DNA of 64,000 nucleotides from Gemmatimonadales bacterium (GCA_045803515.1 JBJMOX010000341.1:4180-68179); one strand, 5' to 3'. Numbered from the stretch's first letter, positions 27,019 through 35,767 are shown. Notes: generated by a model not told the origin, from the sequence alone. Numbers and translations: made by a program.

Positions 27019-27972
27019 CTATCTCCCCACGCCTGTGGGAGGCTTTCCCGGACCCCCGATGACGGGCGGGCCCAGAGTCGTGAGTCCGTCAGCCGTGAGC
27101 GTGGCGCGTCCTTCCTCCGAGAGAATGAACCGGACGAAGGCGAGAGCGGTGGCCGGGTGGGGAGCCGCGGTGGGTATCGTCAACGCATAGACGATCGGCT
27201 CCCCCCGAAACTCGACCGAGTCGGCCCCCGGCCCACCGGCTCCCGGGACCCGCACCGATGCTTGAGCGTACCACGAGGCGAGGTGCGGATCGCTCAGGTC
27301 GACTTGGGGCGGGAGATCCACGTGCTCGAGCCCGGCCGTCTTGGCGATGGAAACGTAGGACCACGCGTAGTCCAGCTCCCCGCTCTGCACCAGGGCGGTC
27401 AGGTCCGCCTCCTTGGGGCGGAGGTATCTCGGCGGCTCCGCCCGGTCCAGCCGGGCTGCCAATCCGGGCTGGTGATAGAACTTCTCGGCCAGCTGGAAGA
27501 CCATCAGTGTGCGATACCCGTTCGGGTCCAGCGCCGGATTGGAATGGCCGCTCCGCACCCCTGGCCGGAGGAGCACCTGCCACCAGTTCCGCCCGTTGAT
27601 CTCCTTGGCACCGGCCGACTGCTCGGTGTACACCAGCACCATCGCGTTCTTGGCGAAGCTGGCGTACCAGGTGGCGTACTTGGGGACGAGCAGCTTGGGA
27701 ATGATTCCGTAGTCCGCGACCCCGAGCACGTCGGGGACCTTGCCCAGCTCGGTCAGCTTCCGGGCCGCCTCGACGCTGCCGGAGTTCTCCTGGGCCGGTT
27801 GCACACCCGGGTGCCGCGCGACAAACGCCCGCAGCAGGTCGCTGAACGGGCGTGCGAGGCTCCCGGCGTTATAGACCACCAGCGGGCCGCTGAGCGGCTC
27901 CTGCGCTTGCAGGAGCGGCGAGGTGATGGTCAGCAGGAATGGCAGCGGACCGAGCAGCCGAGGAATGCGCAT
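27019..27972 (-). CDS. Periplasmic molybdate/tungstate-type (ModA/WtpA-like) substrate-binding protein
   Basis: Signal peptide MRIPRLLGPLPFLLTITSPLLQAQ. LVVYNAGSL, GSVEAARK and DYAWSYVS resemble oxyanion-binding PBPs. The start overlaps the porin stop (TGATG). Confidence 0.65.
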   Translation of the reverse strand: MRIPRLLGPLPFLLTITSPLLQAQEPLSGPLVVYNAGSLARPFSDLLRAFVARHPGVQPAQENSGSVEAARKLTELGKVPDVLGVADYGIIPKLLVPKYATWYASFAKNAMVLVYTEQSAGAKEINGRNWWQVLLRPGVRSGHSNPALDPNGYRTLMVFQLAEKFYHQPGLAARLDRAEPPRYLRPKEADLTALVQSGELDYAWSYVSIAKTAGLEHVDLPPQVDLSDPHLASWYAQASVRVPGAGGPGADSVEFRGEPIVYALTIPTAAPHPATALAFVRFILSEEGRATLTADGLTTLGPPVIGGPGKPPTGVGR

Positions 27973-28916
27973 CAGAACCTCACCTGTAGCTGTGAGAGAA
28001 GGAGACCCGTCGTGGTGGCGGGCGTCCCGCTCTTTCGGGACAGGTAATCGAGCATGAGCTTCGCCTTCCCGGCGGCGAAGAACAGGTTCGTGCCGGCTCC
28101 CCACGCGGATGGGGTCTGCGCGCCCGGCGCGCTGGTACGCTCGAACTCCTCGTAGCGCGCCACGAGCTGAATCAGCGGGTTCACCTGGTAGGCACCCAGG
28201 GCGTACCACCCGTGATCGTCACCCACCTGCTGATCGCGGTGTTGTCCCACGTACTCCGTGCGGAGGGAGAGATGGGCACCCTCGTAGTTGGCTTCGAGCC
28301 CATAGCGGGTGCTGTCAGCGAAGTACCGCGCGCCCTCCACGCCGAGGGCCAGGCGCGGCACCGGACGCACCACCAGCCGTCCAACGCCGAGCGCGCTGGA
28401 ATCGCGATTGGCGGTGACATTCTGACCCTCGCCGTTGAAGACGCCCAGCCACATCGTCACCGCCTTCCGCACGCGGTACTCCACCATCGCTCCGATGTCC
28501 CGCTTCGGGGCGAGCGAATCCACGACCATCGTGCGGTCGGGCATCTCGAGATCGGCGAGGGAAGTGACGAACTCCCGGGTGAACGGGGTCTTGAACTGAC
28601 CGGCCTGCAGCGCCCAGGCGTCGCGCGCGTACCGGGCGTAGGCGTCCTGCAGCGAGACGCTCGCCTTTCCGGTACCGACGGAGCCGGTGCGGAACTCGCC
28701 TTGGATGCGCCAGGTCAGCGCCGGCGTCACCTCACCGTAGGCCGCGAGCCGGGCGCGATTGATCGACGCCGTGAGGCCGACCCGGTGCTGATACGTCTCC
28801 CGCACCTGCAGGTATCCGGTGAAGCGAACGGCGGGACCGGCCGCAGGCGATTGCGCGCCGAGACTCCCCGGGACCAGCAGACCGAACACCAGCGGCAGGA
28901 CTCGGCAGGGGAGCAT
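27972..28916 (-). CDS. Outer-membrane porin (phosphate-selective porin O/P-like)
   Basis: Signal peptide, alternating beta-strand pattern and C-terminal aromatic residue (QLQVRF). Resembles OprO/OprP-type anion porins. Confidence 0.65.
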   Translation of the reverse strand: MLPCRVLPLVFGLLVPGSLGAQSPAAGPAVRFTGYLQVRETYQHRVGLTASINRARLAAYGEVTPALTWRIQGEFRTGSVGTGKASVSLQDAYARYARDAWALQAGQFKTPFTREFVTSLADLEMPDRTMVVDSLAPKRDIGAMVEYRVRKAVTMWLGVFNGEGQNVTANRDSSALGVGRLVVRPVPRLALGVEGARYFADSTRYGLEANYEGAHLSLRTEYVGQHRDQQVGDDHGWYALGAYQVNPLIQLVARYEEFERTSAPGAQTPSAWGAGTNLFFAAGKAKLMLDYLSRKSGTPATTTGLLLSQLQVRF

Positions 28917-28941
28917 CCCGCGAACCTATCACGCCCAAGGT

Positions 28942-28965
28942 CGATAGGCAATTACCTGCCTATCG
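28942..28965. promoter_or_regulatory. Perfect 9-bp inverted repeat between the ModE-like gene and the porin gene (operator or attenuator candidate)
   Basis: CGATAGGCA-ATTACC-TGCCTATCG. The right arm overlaps the ModE-like stop codon. 26 nt upstream of the porin ATG. Confidence 0.45.
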
Positions 28966-29346
28966 CTCGAGCGCCCGCTCGAACGCGGCGCGGCCCAGCC
29001 GGTCGACCTCCCGCCGCCACCGGGCGAAGACCCTGACCAGTCGCCGCGCCTCCGGGGTGAGCCGGGCACTTCCTCCCGACTTCCCGCCTCGGCTCGTGGT
29101 CAGGACCTCATGTCCAAGCACCTGCTCCATTCGCCGGATGCGGTTGAGGCAGGTGCGATAGCTCCATCCCACGGCCTTCCCGCCTCCGCGGATGGTGCCG
29201 CTCTCGTCCACCCCGGCGAGAAAACGAAGGTAGTTCGGTCCCATGAGAAAGACCCCGTCCCAGGTCAGCCACACCTTGTGCTTGGGGGCGAGGTGTGCCG
29301 CCAGGCCGGCCGAGGACTTGCCACGAGACCCCGGTAGAGTCGGCAC
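28960..29346 (-). CDS. ModE N-terminal-like winged-helix regulator without Mop/TOBE domains
   Basis: 128 aa. GTIRGGGKAVGWSYRTCLNRIRRMEQVLGHEVLTTSRGGKSGGSARLTPEARRL parallels the ModE HTH region. No C-terminal molybdate-binding domain. Confidence 0.6.
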   Translation of the reverse strand: MPTLPGSRGKSSAGLAAHLAPKHKVWLTWDGVFLMGPNYLRFLAGVDESGTIRGGGKAVGWSYRTCLNRIRRMEQVLGHEVLTTSRGGKSGGSARLTPEARRLVRVFARWRREVDRLGRAAFERALER

Positions 29347-29350
29347 CGGA

Positions 29351-30088
29351 TCAGAAGGAGGCCTGCCAGCCGAGCCCCATTCCGCTCGGGGTCGCGACCA
29401 TACCGGGTACGCGTATGTTGAAGATGCGCCAGCGACCCGAGGCCAGTTTAGCGGAGGTGATCCCTATCAGCGCGCCGGCAGCGACGTCGCTCAACCAATG
29501 GCGATTGTCGTGAATCCTGGACCAGCCGACACTGGTGGCCAGGCCGTAGAGGCCTACCGTGGCCAGCGGATGATGAATCTCATCCGCGAGCGTTGTGGCC
29601 CACGCGAATGCCATCGCCGTGTGGCCCGACGGCATGGAGGCCTGACCGGAGAAGGGACTGTAGCCATCAGCATCGAGACTCTGGTCCGGTCGGGGCCGGC
29701 CGAAGGCCAACTTGGCCCCCTGATTGGCCGCCCCGGCCAGCAGAAGTGCGACTCCCATCCGCGCTCCGAGTCGGGCCACCCGATCGTGGTGAGTCGCCAG
29801 ACCGGCGACAATGAGGCCGGCGGTAAGCGTGCCGTACACCTCGGGTTGACCGAAATGGCGCACCGCTCCGGCGACAGTGTTGGACCCTGTACCCTGATTG
29901 TCCTGCGCGAAGCGCTGCATCGGATGATCGAGCAGCATCAGGGCCGAGATACCCCCAACGGCGACGGCACCATGCCACCAGTGGAGCACCGATCCGTCCT
30001 GCTGCTGAGCAGCGAGCGGCGCCGGCCGCGTCATGGCCGAGACGGAGAAAAGGACGAGGCAGGCAGCTGCAGGCGTGGCAAATCGCAT
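29351..30088 (-). CDS. PAP2-family phosphatase
   Basis: Motifs FGRPRPD, PSGHT and SRIHDNRHWLSDV (KxxxxxxRP / PSGH / SRxxxxxHxxxD). Signal peptide from MRFATPAAACLVLF. Confidence 0.8.
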   Translation of the reverse strand: MRFATPAAACLVLFSVSAMTRPAPLAAQQQDGSVLHWWHGAVAVGGISALMLLDHPMQRFAQDNQGTGSNTVAGAVRHFGQPEVYGTLTAGLIVAGLATHHDRVARLGARMGVALLLAGAANQGAKLAFGRPRPDQSLDADGYSPFSGQASMPSGHTAMAFAWATTLADEIHHPLATVGLYGLATSVGWSRIHDNRHWLSDVAAGALIGITSAKLASGRWRIFNIRVPGMVATPSGMGLGWQASF

Positions 30089-30146
30089 CGGAGTCGTTAC
30101 CTTCGGGCGTAGCTTTTTTGGGTATCTGTTGAGCACAGAGGACCTG

Positions 30147-30548
30147 ATGATCCCACGCGCGGGCATACTACTGGCCATACTGGCACTCGCCTCCTGCCGG
30201 ACGTACGAGCTCGACAAGCGATTGAGCAACGAATCCGGTCTGGTCCCACCCGACCAGTTCGCCCGGTATGGGCACGAGCAGGGCGAGGCGATTGCCATTG
30301 CACGCGAGTTCGGCCGGGCCGCGCGGGGAGATTCTCCTGAGGCGCTGCGGCAGCAGGCCGATTCGGCCGTCGCCTATGCGCGGACGATGGCCGACGTGGC
30401 GGACGTCGTGGCGGATCCGCTGGGGTACCGGCTGACGATCACCTTCAAGAGCGGTTGGCGCGTGGCGGTCAACCCGCTGTCGGACGGCAAGCGCGGTGCC
30501 GAGACTCCGGGCCTCGCCGCCGCCCCCAGTGCGCCGGAGAAACGCTAG
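30147..30548 (+). CDS. Lipoprotein, unknown function
   Basis: MIPRAGILLAILALASC lipobox. 133 aa. Confidence 0.55.
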   Translation: MIPRAGILLAILALASCRTYELDKRLSNESGLVPPDQFARYGHEQGEAIAIAREFGRAARGDSPEALRQQADSAVAYARTMADVADVVADPLGYRLTITFKSGWRVAVNPLSDGKRGAETPGLAAAPSAPEKR

Positions 30549-30598
30549 AAGGTCGCTCGGGGGCGAGTCAATATAGCGGGGGTGAGGGGGGAGCGCAC

Positions 30599-30934
30599 AT
30601 GACCGGGTGCTGTCAGGTCACGACCACCCTCCCGGACCGGGAGAGCGCCCAGCGCATCGCCGCCGAGCTGGTCGGCGCGCGCCTTGCAGCATGCGGCCAG
30701 GTGCAGGGGCCGATCGACAGCACGTACTGGTGGGAGGACCGGGTGGCCAGCGCCGCCGAGTGGTACTGTCATCTCAAGACGACGCTGTCACGGCTCCCCG
30801 CGTTGCGGATGCGGCTCCGGGAAGTGCATCCGTATCAAGTCCCGGAAATCATCGCGGTCCCCATCGTCGACGGCGATCCGGCCTACCTCCGCTGGGTCGA
30901 AGAGTCGGTCAGCAGCCCCTCGACGACTGGGTGA
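30599..30934 (+). CDS. cutA: Divalent-cation tolerance protein CutA
   Basis: 111 aa. ACGQVQGPIDSTYWWEDRV and HPYQVPEIIAVPI are characteristic CutA1 segments. Confidence 0.85.
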   Translation: MTGCCQVTTTLPDRESAQRIAAELVGARLAACGQVQGPIDSTYWWEDRVASAAEWYCHLKTTLSRLPALRMRLREVHPYQVPEIIAVPIVDGDPAYLRWVEESVSSPSTTG

Positions 30935-30958
30935 CTCCGCTCCGCTCCGGAGGTCACC

Positions 30959-32350
30959 ATGCCCACCCTGCCGGCCCCGCCCTCGCCCGAGCTGCTCTAT
31001 CTCCTTGCCGGCGACGCGGAGGACCTCCTCGCCGCCTGCGAGAACCTGCGACCGGCGGATGTCGCGGAGGCGCTCAACCAGCTGCCGGTCGAGGCCGCGG
31101 CCCGGGTAGTGGCCGCGCTCCCCTTCAATCTGGCCGTCCAGCTCCTCGACGAGCCCGAGCTCGATCGGCGGGGCGAGATCTTCGAGCGGCTCGACGAGCA
31201 GACCGCCGTCCCCCTGATCGAGGCGATCTCCTCGGACCAGCAGGTCGAGCTCTTCCGGACGCTCAAGCACACCGACCGCGCCCGCCTCTTCCACCGCCTC
31301 GACGCCCCGACCCGCGACGCGCTCAAGCTGCTCCTTGCCTACCCCCCGGCCAGCGCGGGCGGAATCATGAGCACGGAGTTCGTCGGGGTGCCATCCACCT
31401 GGACGGTCGATCAGGTCAAGCGGCACATCAGTGAGGTCGGTCAGGCCAAGGAGACGGTCTATGCCATCTATGTCCTGAACCCCAAGGACCAGCGGCTGGA
31501 CGCCGTGGTCTCGCTCCGGGAGATCATGCTGGCCAACCCGGCCTACCGGGTCATCGCGGTGGCCGATTCGCGGCGCCCGGTCACCGTGGGTCCGCTGACC
31601 GATCGAGAGGATGTGGCCCGGCTCATCTCCAAGTACAATCTGCTCGCCATCCCGGTGGTCGACGACGCGAACCACGTCCTCGGCATCGTGACGGTGGACG
31701 ACGTCATTGATGCGTTGATCAGCGAGCAGACCGAGGATGTCCAGAAGTTCGGCGGCATGGCGGCCACCGACGAGCCGTACATGCAGATCAGCCTGGGCGC
31801 GATGATCCGGAAGCGGGCCGGGTGGCTCTGCGCCCTCTTTCTCGGCGAAATGCTCACCGCCGGGGCCATGGGCCATTTCCAGACGGAGATCAGCCGGGCG
31901 GTGGTGCTGGCACTCTTCATCCCGCTCATCATCAGCTCCGGAGGCAACTCCGGCTCCCAGGCCACCTCCCTCATCATCCGCGCGATGGCGCTCCGGGAAG
32001 TGCAGTTGCGGGACTGGTGGCGGGTCGCGGCGCGGGAGCTCCCGGCGGGACTCGCGCTGGGCTCGATCCTCGGGATCATCGGCCTGCTTCGGATTCTCCT
32101 GTGGCAGCACCTGGGGTGGTACGACTACGGGCCGCACCATCTGCTGATCGCCCAGACGGTGGCCATGGCACTCGTCGGGGTTGTGCTGTTCGGCTCGCTG
32201 GCGGGCTCGATGCTGCCCTTCGTGCTCCGGCGCATCGGCTTCGATCCGGCCAGCGCCTCCGCGCCGTTCGTCGCGACGCTGGTGGATGTGACCGGACTGG
32301 TGATCTACTTCACCGTCGCGCTGCTGGTGCTGCGGGGGACTCTGCTCTAG
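30959..32350 (+). CDS. mgtE: Magnesium transporter MgtE
   Basis: 463 aa. N-domain, tandem CBS domains and a 5-TM C-terminal domain with GGNSGSQ and PFVATLVDVTGLVIYF. Confidence 0.92.
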   Translation: MPTLPAPPSPELLYLLAGDAEDLLAACENLRPADVAEALNQLPVEAAARVVAALPFNLAVQLLDEPELDRRGEIFERLDEQTAVPLIEAISSDQQVELFRTLKHTDRARLFHRLDAPTRDALKLLLAYPPASAGGIMSTEFVGVPSTWTVDQVKRHISEVGQAKETVYAIYVLNPKDQRLDAVVSLREIMLANPAYRVIAVADSRRPVTVGPLTDREDVARLISKYNLLAIPVVDDANHVLGIVTVDDVIDALISEQTEDVQKFGGMAATDEPYMQISLGAMIRKRAGWLCALFLGEMLTAGAMGHFQTEISRAVVLALFIPLIISSGGNSGSQATSLIIRAMALREVQLRDWWRVAARELPAGLALGSILGIIGLLRILLWQHLGWYDYGPHHLLIAQTVAMALVGVVLFGSLAGSMLPFVLRRIGFDPASASAPFVATLVDVTGLVIYFTVALLVLRGTLL

Positions 32351-32379
32351 GGCTCGAACGCAGGGCGGGGAGCAATCGC

Positions 32380-32604
32380 CTACGAGTTCAGCCGGATGCG
32401 GACGGCACGGGAAAGCGTGGGGGGAGCGCCGGGTCGTGCAGCCGCGCAGCGCGCCAGCAGGGCCAGCAGGGCCCGATCGCAGCAGTAGGCCGGCCGGCAG
32501 TGGCCACAGTCGATCAGATGAGCCTGGACCGACGCGGCCTCTTCCGCGCCGAGCTCCTGATCCAGATATTCCCAGAGACAACGCCTGACCTCCGGACACC
32601 CCAT
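32380..32604 (-). CDS. Zinc-binding anti-sigma factor (ZAS, RsrA-like), orphan
   Basis: CPEVRRCLWEYLDQEL followed by HLIDCGHC (H-x3-C-x2-C). Soluble, 74 aa from MGCPEV; the ORF extends to 32637. No adjacent sigma gene. Confidence 0.65.
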   Translation of the reverse strand: MGCPEVRRCLWEYLDQELGAEEAASVQAHLIDCGHCRPAYCCDRALLALLARCAAARPGAPPTLSRAVRIRLNS

Positions 32605-32715
32605 CAGCGGAACTCCTCTCCTGGCGACACGACCCACGATCCCTTGCTACGCTGGTGAACAGGGGTCGTCTCGTCCGGGTTCCGCGCCGGTCCGTCCGCC
32701 AACCTGGAGCGTGTC

Positions 32716-32988
32716 ATGATCGCCCGCGGCAGGGCCCTGGTCGTGGCCGTGGTACTCGCCTTCGCCGCGTTCCTGCTCTGGACCACCCTCTCGAGCCAGC
32801 GGGCCGAGTGCACCGTGGCCGTCGAGTTCCAGGGGCGATCCCAAACGGGCAGCGCCTCGGGCGCCTCGGAGCCGGACGCGCTCCGGGAGGCTCAGACCGC
32901 CGCGTGCGGACCGATCACCGGCTCGATGAACGACCGCATCGCCTGCTCCAAGACGCCGCCGGTCACCCGGCATTGCCGGACGCTCTGA
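32716..32988 (+). CDS. Small membrane-anchored Cys-containing hypothetical protein
   Basis: 90 aa. N-terminal TM helix and 4 Cys in the exported part. Ends 5 nt before the YfcC gene. Confidence 0.4.
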   Translation: MIARGRALVVAVVLAFAAFLLWTTLSSQRAECTVAVEFQGRSQTGSASGASEPDALREAQTAACGPITGSMNDRIACSKTPPVTRHCRTL

Positions 32989-32993
32989 CCGGC

Positions 32994-34358
32994 ATGCCGG
33001 CGAGCGCGCGGATCCGGTTCCCTCACCCGTTGATTCTGCTGGTCGCCTGCACGCTGGTGGCGGCGGCACTGACCCACCTGCTGCCGGCCGGCCAGTTCGA
33101 ACGCCACGAGGACCCCGCTACCGGCAGGAGTGTCGTGATCGCCGGGACGTACACGCGGGTGGAGGCGCGACCGGTTGGCCTCTTTCCGGCGCTCGTCGCC
33201 ATTCCCAAGGGGATGGCCGATGCCGCGGGGGTGATCTTCTACGTGTTTCTCGTAGGCGGCGCCTTCGCGGTGGTGGAGCGCACCGGGGCGCTCGCGGCGC
33301 TGGTGAACTGGCTGGCGGCCCGGCTTGCACGTCGCGGTATCTGGGTGGTTCCGGCGGCGGGCCTCGCATTCGGGCTGGGGGGAGTGCTCATCCAGATGCA
33401 GGAGGAACTGATCGCCTTTGTGCCGGTGCTCCTGCTCCTGAGCCGGCAGCTCGGTTTCAATCCGCTAACAGCGGTGGCGATGAGCCTCGGCGCCTCCGCC
33501 ATCGGGGCGGCCTTCAGCTTTATCGACCCCTTCCAGGTGGGGATCGCCCAGAAGGTGGCGCAGCTTCCCTTGCTCTCCGGCTGGCAGTTCCGGATCGCCT
33601 TCCTGGTTCCCGCCTGGCTGATCTGGATCGCCGGAACCGTGCTCTTCGCCCGGCGCACCCGCGGGCTGCCGGCGACACCCACCGAAGCATCCGGCCCGGC
33701 TCCCCTGGACTCCGCCGGATGGCGTCAGACGGCGGTGCTGAGCGTCGTCCTGGTCACCTTCGCGATGTTCATCCTTGGCGTGCTGCGGCTGGGCTGGGAT
33801 TTCGACCAGCTCTCGGCACTGTTCTTCGTCATGGGGGTCGCGGCCGGCCTGCTTGGGGGGCTGCGTCTGGCGGATACGGCGGAGGCCTTCGTCGAAGGCT
33901 TCCGTTCGATGGCCTTTGCGGCGCTTCTCATCGGGTTCGCCCGGGGAATCTACGTTGTCCTCGATGAGGGTCACATCGTGGACACTATTGTCCAGGGATT
34001 GTTCTCCCCGATCGCGGGCCTGCCGATCGCGCTGGCGGCTCTGGGCATGATGGCAATGCACACCCTGGTTCACTTCCCCGTGCCGAGCACCAGCGGACAG
34101 GCGGTCCTGACGCTCCCCCTCCTGGTCCCGCTCTCCGACCTCATCGGCCTCTCCCGCCAGGTGACCGTGCTGGCGTATCAGTACGGCGCGGGTCTCTGTG
34201 AGATCGTCACCCCCACCAACGGCGCGCTCATGGCCATGCTTGCCGCCGCGGGCGTGCGGTTCGAGGACTGGCTTCGGTTCGTCCTGCCGCTCTTCGCCTT
34301 GCTGCTGGCGCTCGGCGCGCTGGGGATCGGCGTTGCCATCGCCACCGGGCTGCGGTAG
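32994..34358 (+). CDS. YfcC-family (DcuC/ArsB-superfamily-like) membrane transporter
   Basis: 454 aa from MPASARIRFPHPLILL. Polytopic. The N-terminal FPHP, HLLPAGQFER and YVFLVGGAF pattern is typical of YfcC proteins. Confidence 0.7.
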   Translation: MPASARIRFPHPLILLVACTLVAAALTHLLPAGQFERHEDPATGRSVVIAGTYTRVEARPVGLFPALVAIPKGMADAAGVIFYVFLVGGAFAVVERTGALAALVNWLAARLARRGIWVVPAAGLAFGLGGVLIQMQEELIAFVPVLLLLSRQLGFNPLTAVAMSLGASAIGAAFSFIDPFQVGIAQKVAQLPLLSGWQFRIAFLVPAWLIWIAGTVLFARRTRGLPATPTEASGPAPLDSAGWRQTAVLSVVLVTFAMFILGVLRLGWDFDQLSALFFVMGVAAGLLGGLRLADTAEAFVEGFRSMAFAALLIGFARGIYVVLDEGHIVDTIVQGLFSPIAGLPIALAALGMMAMHTLVHFPVPSTSGQAVLTLPLLVPLSDLIGLSRQVTVLAYQYGAGLCEIVTPTNGALMAMLAAAGVRFEDWLRFVLPLFALLLALGALGIGVAIATGLR

Positions 34359-34496
34359 ACCGGGCCGACCAGCCCTAGGCAGCCGACCTGTCCCCAAGCT
34401 CACTGAGACGGTGCTTCGCCTTCACCAGGCCTACGCCGATCAGACCCAGATACGGGCGACACGACCCGGCAGGCTGCGCCCCGCCAGGTGCTTGCG

Positions 34497-34946
34497 TCAG
34501 CCAAGTCCGACCAGTCCCTCCAGGGTCCGGAGGTCCGCGGCTCCGACATGTCTGCCGCGCTCGCGCCCGTCCTGAAAGGCGATGATGGTCGGAATGCCTC
34601 TGATGCCGAACCGGGCCGTCACGGCCGGATTGGCATCGGTGTCGAGCTTAAGGACCAGGAGCTGGCCGGCGTACCGCCGGGAGAAGTCGTCCAGCGTCGG
34701 CGCCATGATCTTGCAGGGGCCGCACCAATCGGCATAGAAGTCGACCAGCACCGGCGCGCTCGCCCCCTGGAGCGTCTGGTCGAAATCCGCTTCGCTCACC
34801 TTGTGCGGACGATCGAGCAGGATAGGGCGGCCGCACTCGGCGCACTTGGGGCCGGCGGACAATCGTGTAAGGTCCACTCGATTCGGCGTCCCGCAGAAGA
34901 CGCAGCGCACGACGACCGGACGGGCGGGTCGGGGTCCTTCAGGCAT
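34497..34946 (-). CDS. trxC: Thioredoxin 2-type protein with N-terminal zinc-finger
   Basis: CVFCGTPN and CAECGRP (two CxxC pairs) followed by a thioredoxin domain with WCGPC. Confidence 0.85.
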   Translation of the reverse strand: MPEGPRPARPVVVRCVFCGTPNRVDLTRLSAGPKCAECGRPILLDRPHKVSEADFDQTLQGASAPVLVDFYADWCGPCKIMAPTLDDFSRRYAGQLLVLKLDTDANPAVTARFGIRGIPTIIAFQDGRERGRHVGAADLRTLEGLVGLG

Positions 34947-34986
34947 GTTTGCTCCTCGGCCGAGCGCTCGAGCCCCGAACTGGGCT

Positions 34987-35024
34987 CTTGCAGTGCAAAG
35001 TAGGGTCCTGAACCTTGCAGGCAA
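34987..35024. promoter_or_regulatory. Two CTTGCAG(T/G)GCAA imperfect palindromes (candidate bEBP sites)
   Basis: CTTGCAGTGCAA (34987-34998) and CTTGCAGGCAA (35014-35024), 27 nt apart, 145-180 nt upstream of the 35167 -24 element. The region is shared with the divergent trxC promoter. Confidence 0.3.
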
Positions 35025-35166
35025 CCGTTGGCCAGGCTACGAGTTGGCCTCCAACCCGGGTCCGGTGGACTCAGCCTCCCTTCCTCCCGGCCGATACTTT
35101 CCTGGGGGCGAGGCGACCGACGGCCAGACTCGGGTGATCATCTTCACAGACAGGAACCTTTTCGCC

Positions 35167-35182
35167 TGGCATTAGTGTTGCT
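35167..35182 (+). promoter_or_regulatory. Sigma-54 (-24/-12) promoter upstream of the GNAT/desaturase genes
   Basis: TGGCATTAGTGTTGCT versus TGGCAC-N5-TTGCW: one mismatch (C to T at -21, a common variant) with exact spacing. 43 nt before the GNAT ATG, which has a GGAGG Shine-Dalgarno. Confidence 0.6.
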
Positions 35183-35224
35183 GCGTACAGAGGGACGCGT
35201 TTCCTCTCGGAGGCGGGTGACCAC

Positions 35225-35659
35225 ATGAGCGAACTCACGATTCGGGAAATGGAACAGGACGAGGACTTCTCCTCCTGGTTCTCGGATCTGCTCGACCAGG
35301 AGGAGGATCCCAACGGCGGACCCGCCGGCTTGGACGAGCACTATCTCGTCCTGAGCAACGAGATTGGTGACTGGATCGGCGGCCTGCGCTACTGGCTGAG
35401 GGGCGGCGTGGCGCACCTGGTCGATGTGGTGGTCCTGCCGCAGGAGCGGCACCAGGGCCACGCCCATCGGCTGCTGGCGGCGTTTGAGGAGCGGGCCGGG
35501 AGTACCGGGGGACATATCGCGGAGTTCTGGACCGATGACCTCCGTTCGGAAGCCCTGCTGGCGGCCCTGGGGTGGCGGCGTATCTTTCAGCGGGACGACT
35601 ACATCGGGCACCGAAGCTGGTACCTGATGGAGAAGCAGATCGGACCAGACACCCCCTGA
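35225..35659 (+). CDS. GNAT-family N-acetyltransferase
   Basis: 144 aa. VVVLPQERHQGHAHRLL matches the acetyl-CoA-binding motif A region (Q/R-x-x-G-x-G/A). Confidence 0.7.
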   Translation: MSELTIREMEQDEDFSSWFSDLLDQEEDPNGGPAGLDEHYLVLSNEIGDWIGGLRYWLRGGVAHLVDVVVLPQERHQGHAHRLLAAFEERAGSTGGHIAEFWTDDLRSEALLAALGWRRIFQRDDYIGHRSWYLMEKQIGPDTP

Positions 35660-35767
35660 TTTCCCCGGCCAGCGCAGTGCCGTCGCTGTTGGCATTCTTC
35701 GGACCAGCCCCGCTATCTTTCGTGGCTGGTCCTCTGCTTACAGCGATACCTGCCATGAAGGAACGAC

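Noticed and set aside
30935-30958. M-box (Mg2+) riboswitch upstream of mgtE
   Set aside because: Only 24 nt separate cutA and mgtE, which leaves no room for a roughly 160-nt M-box.
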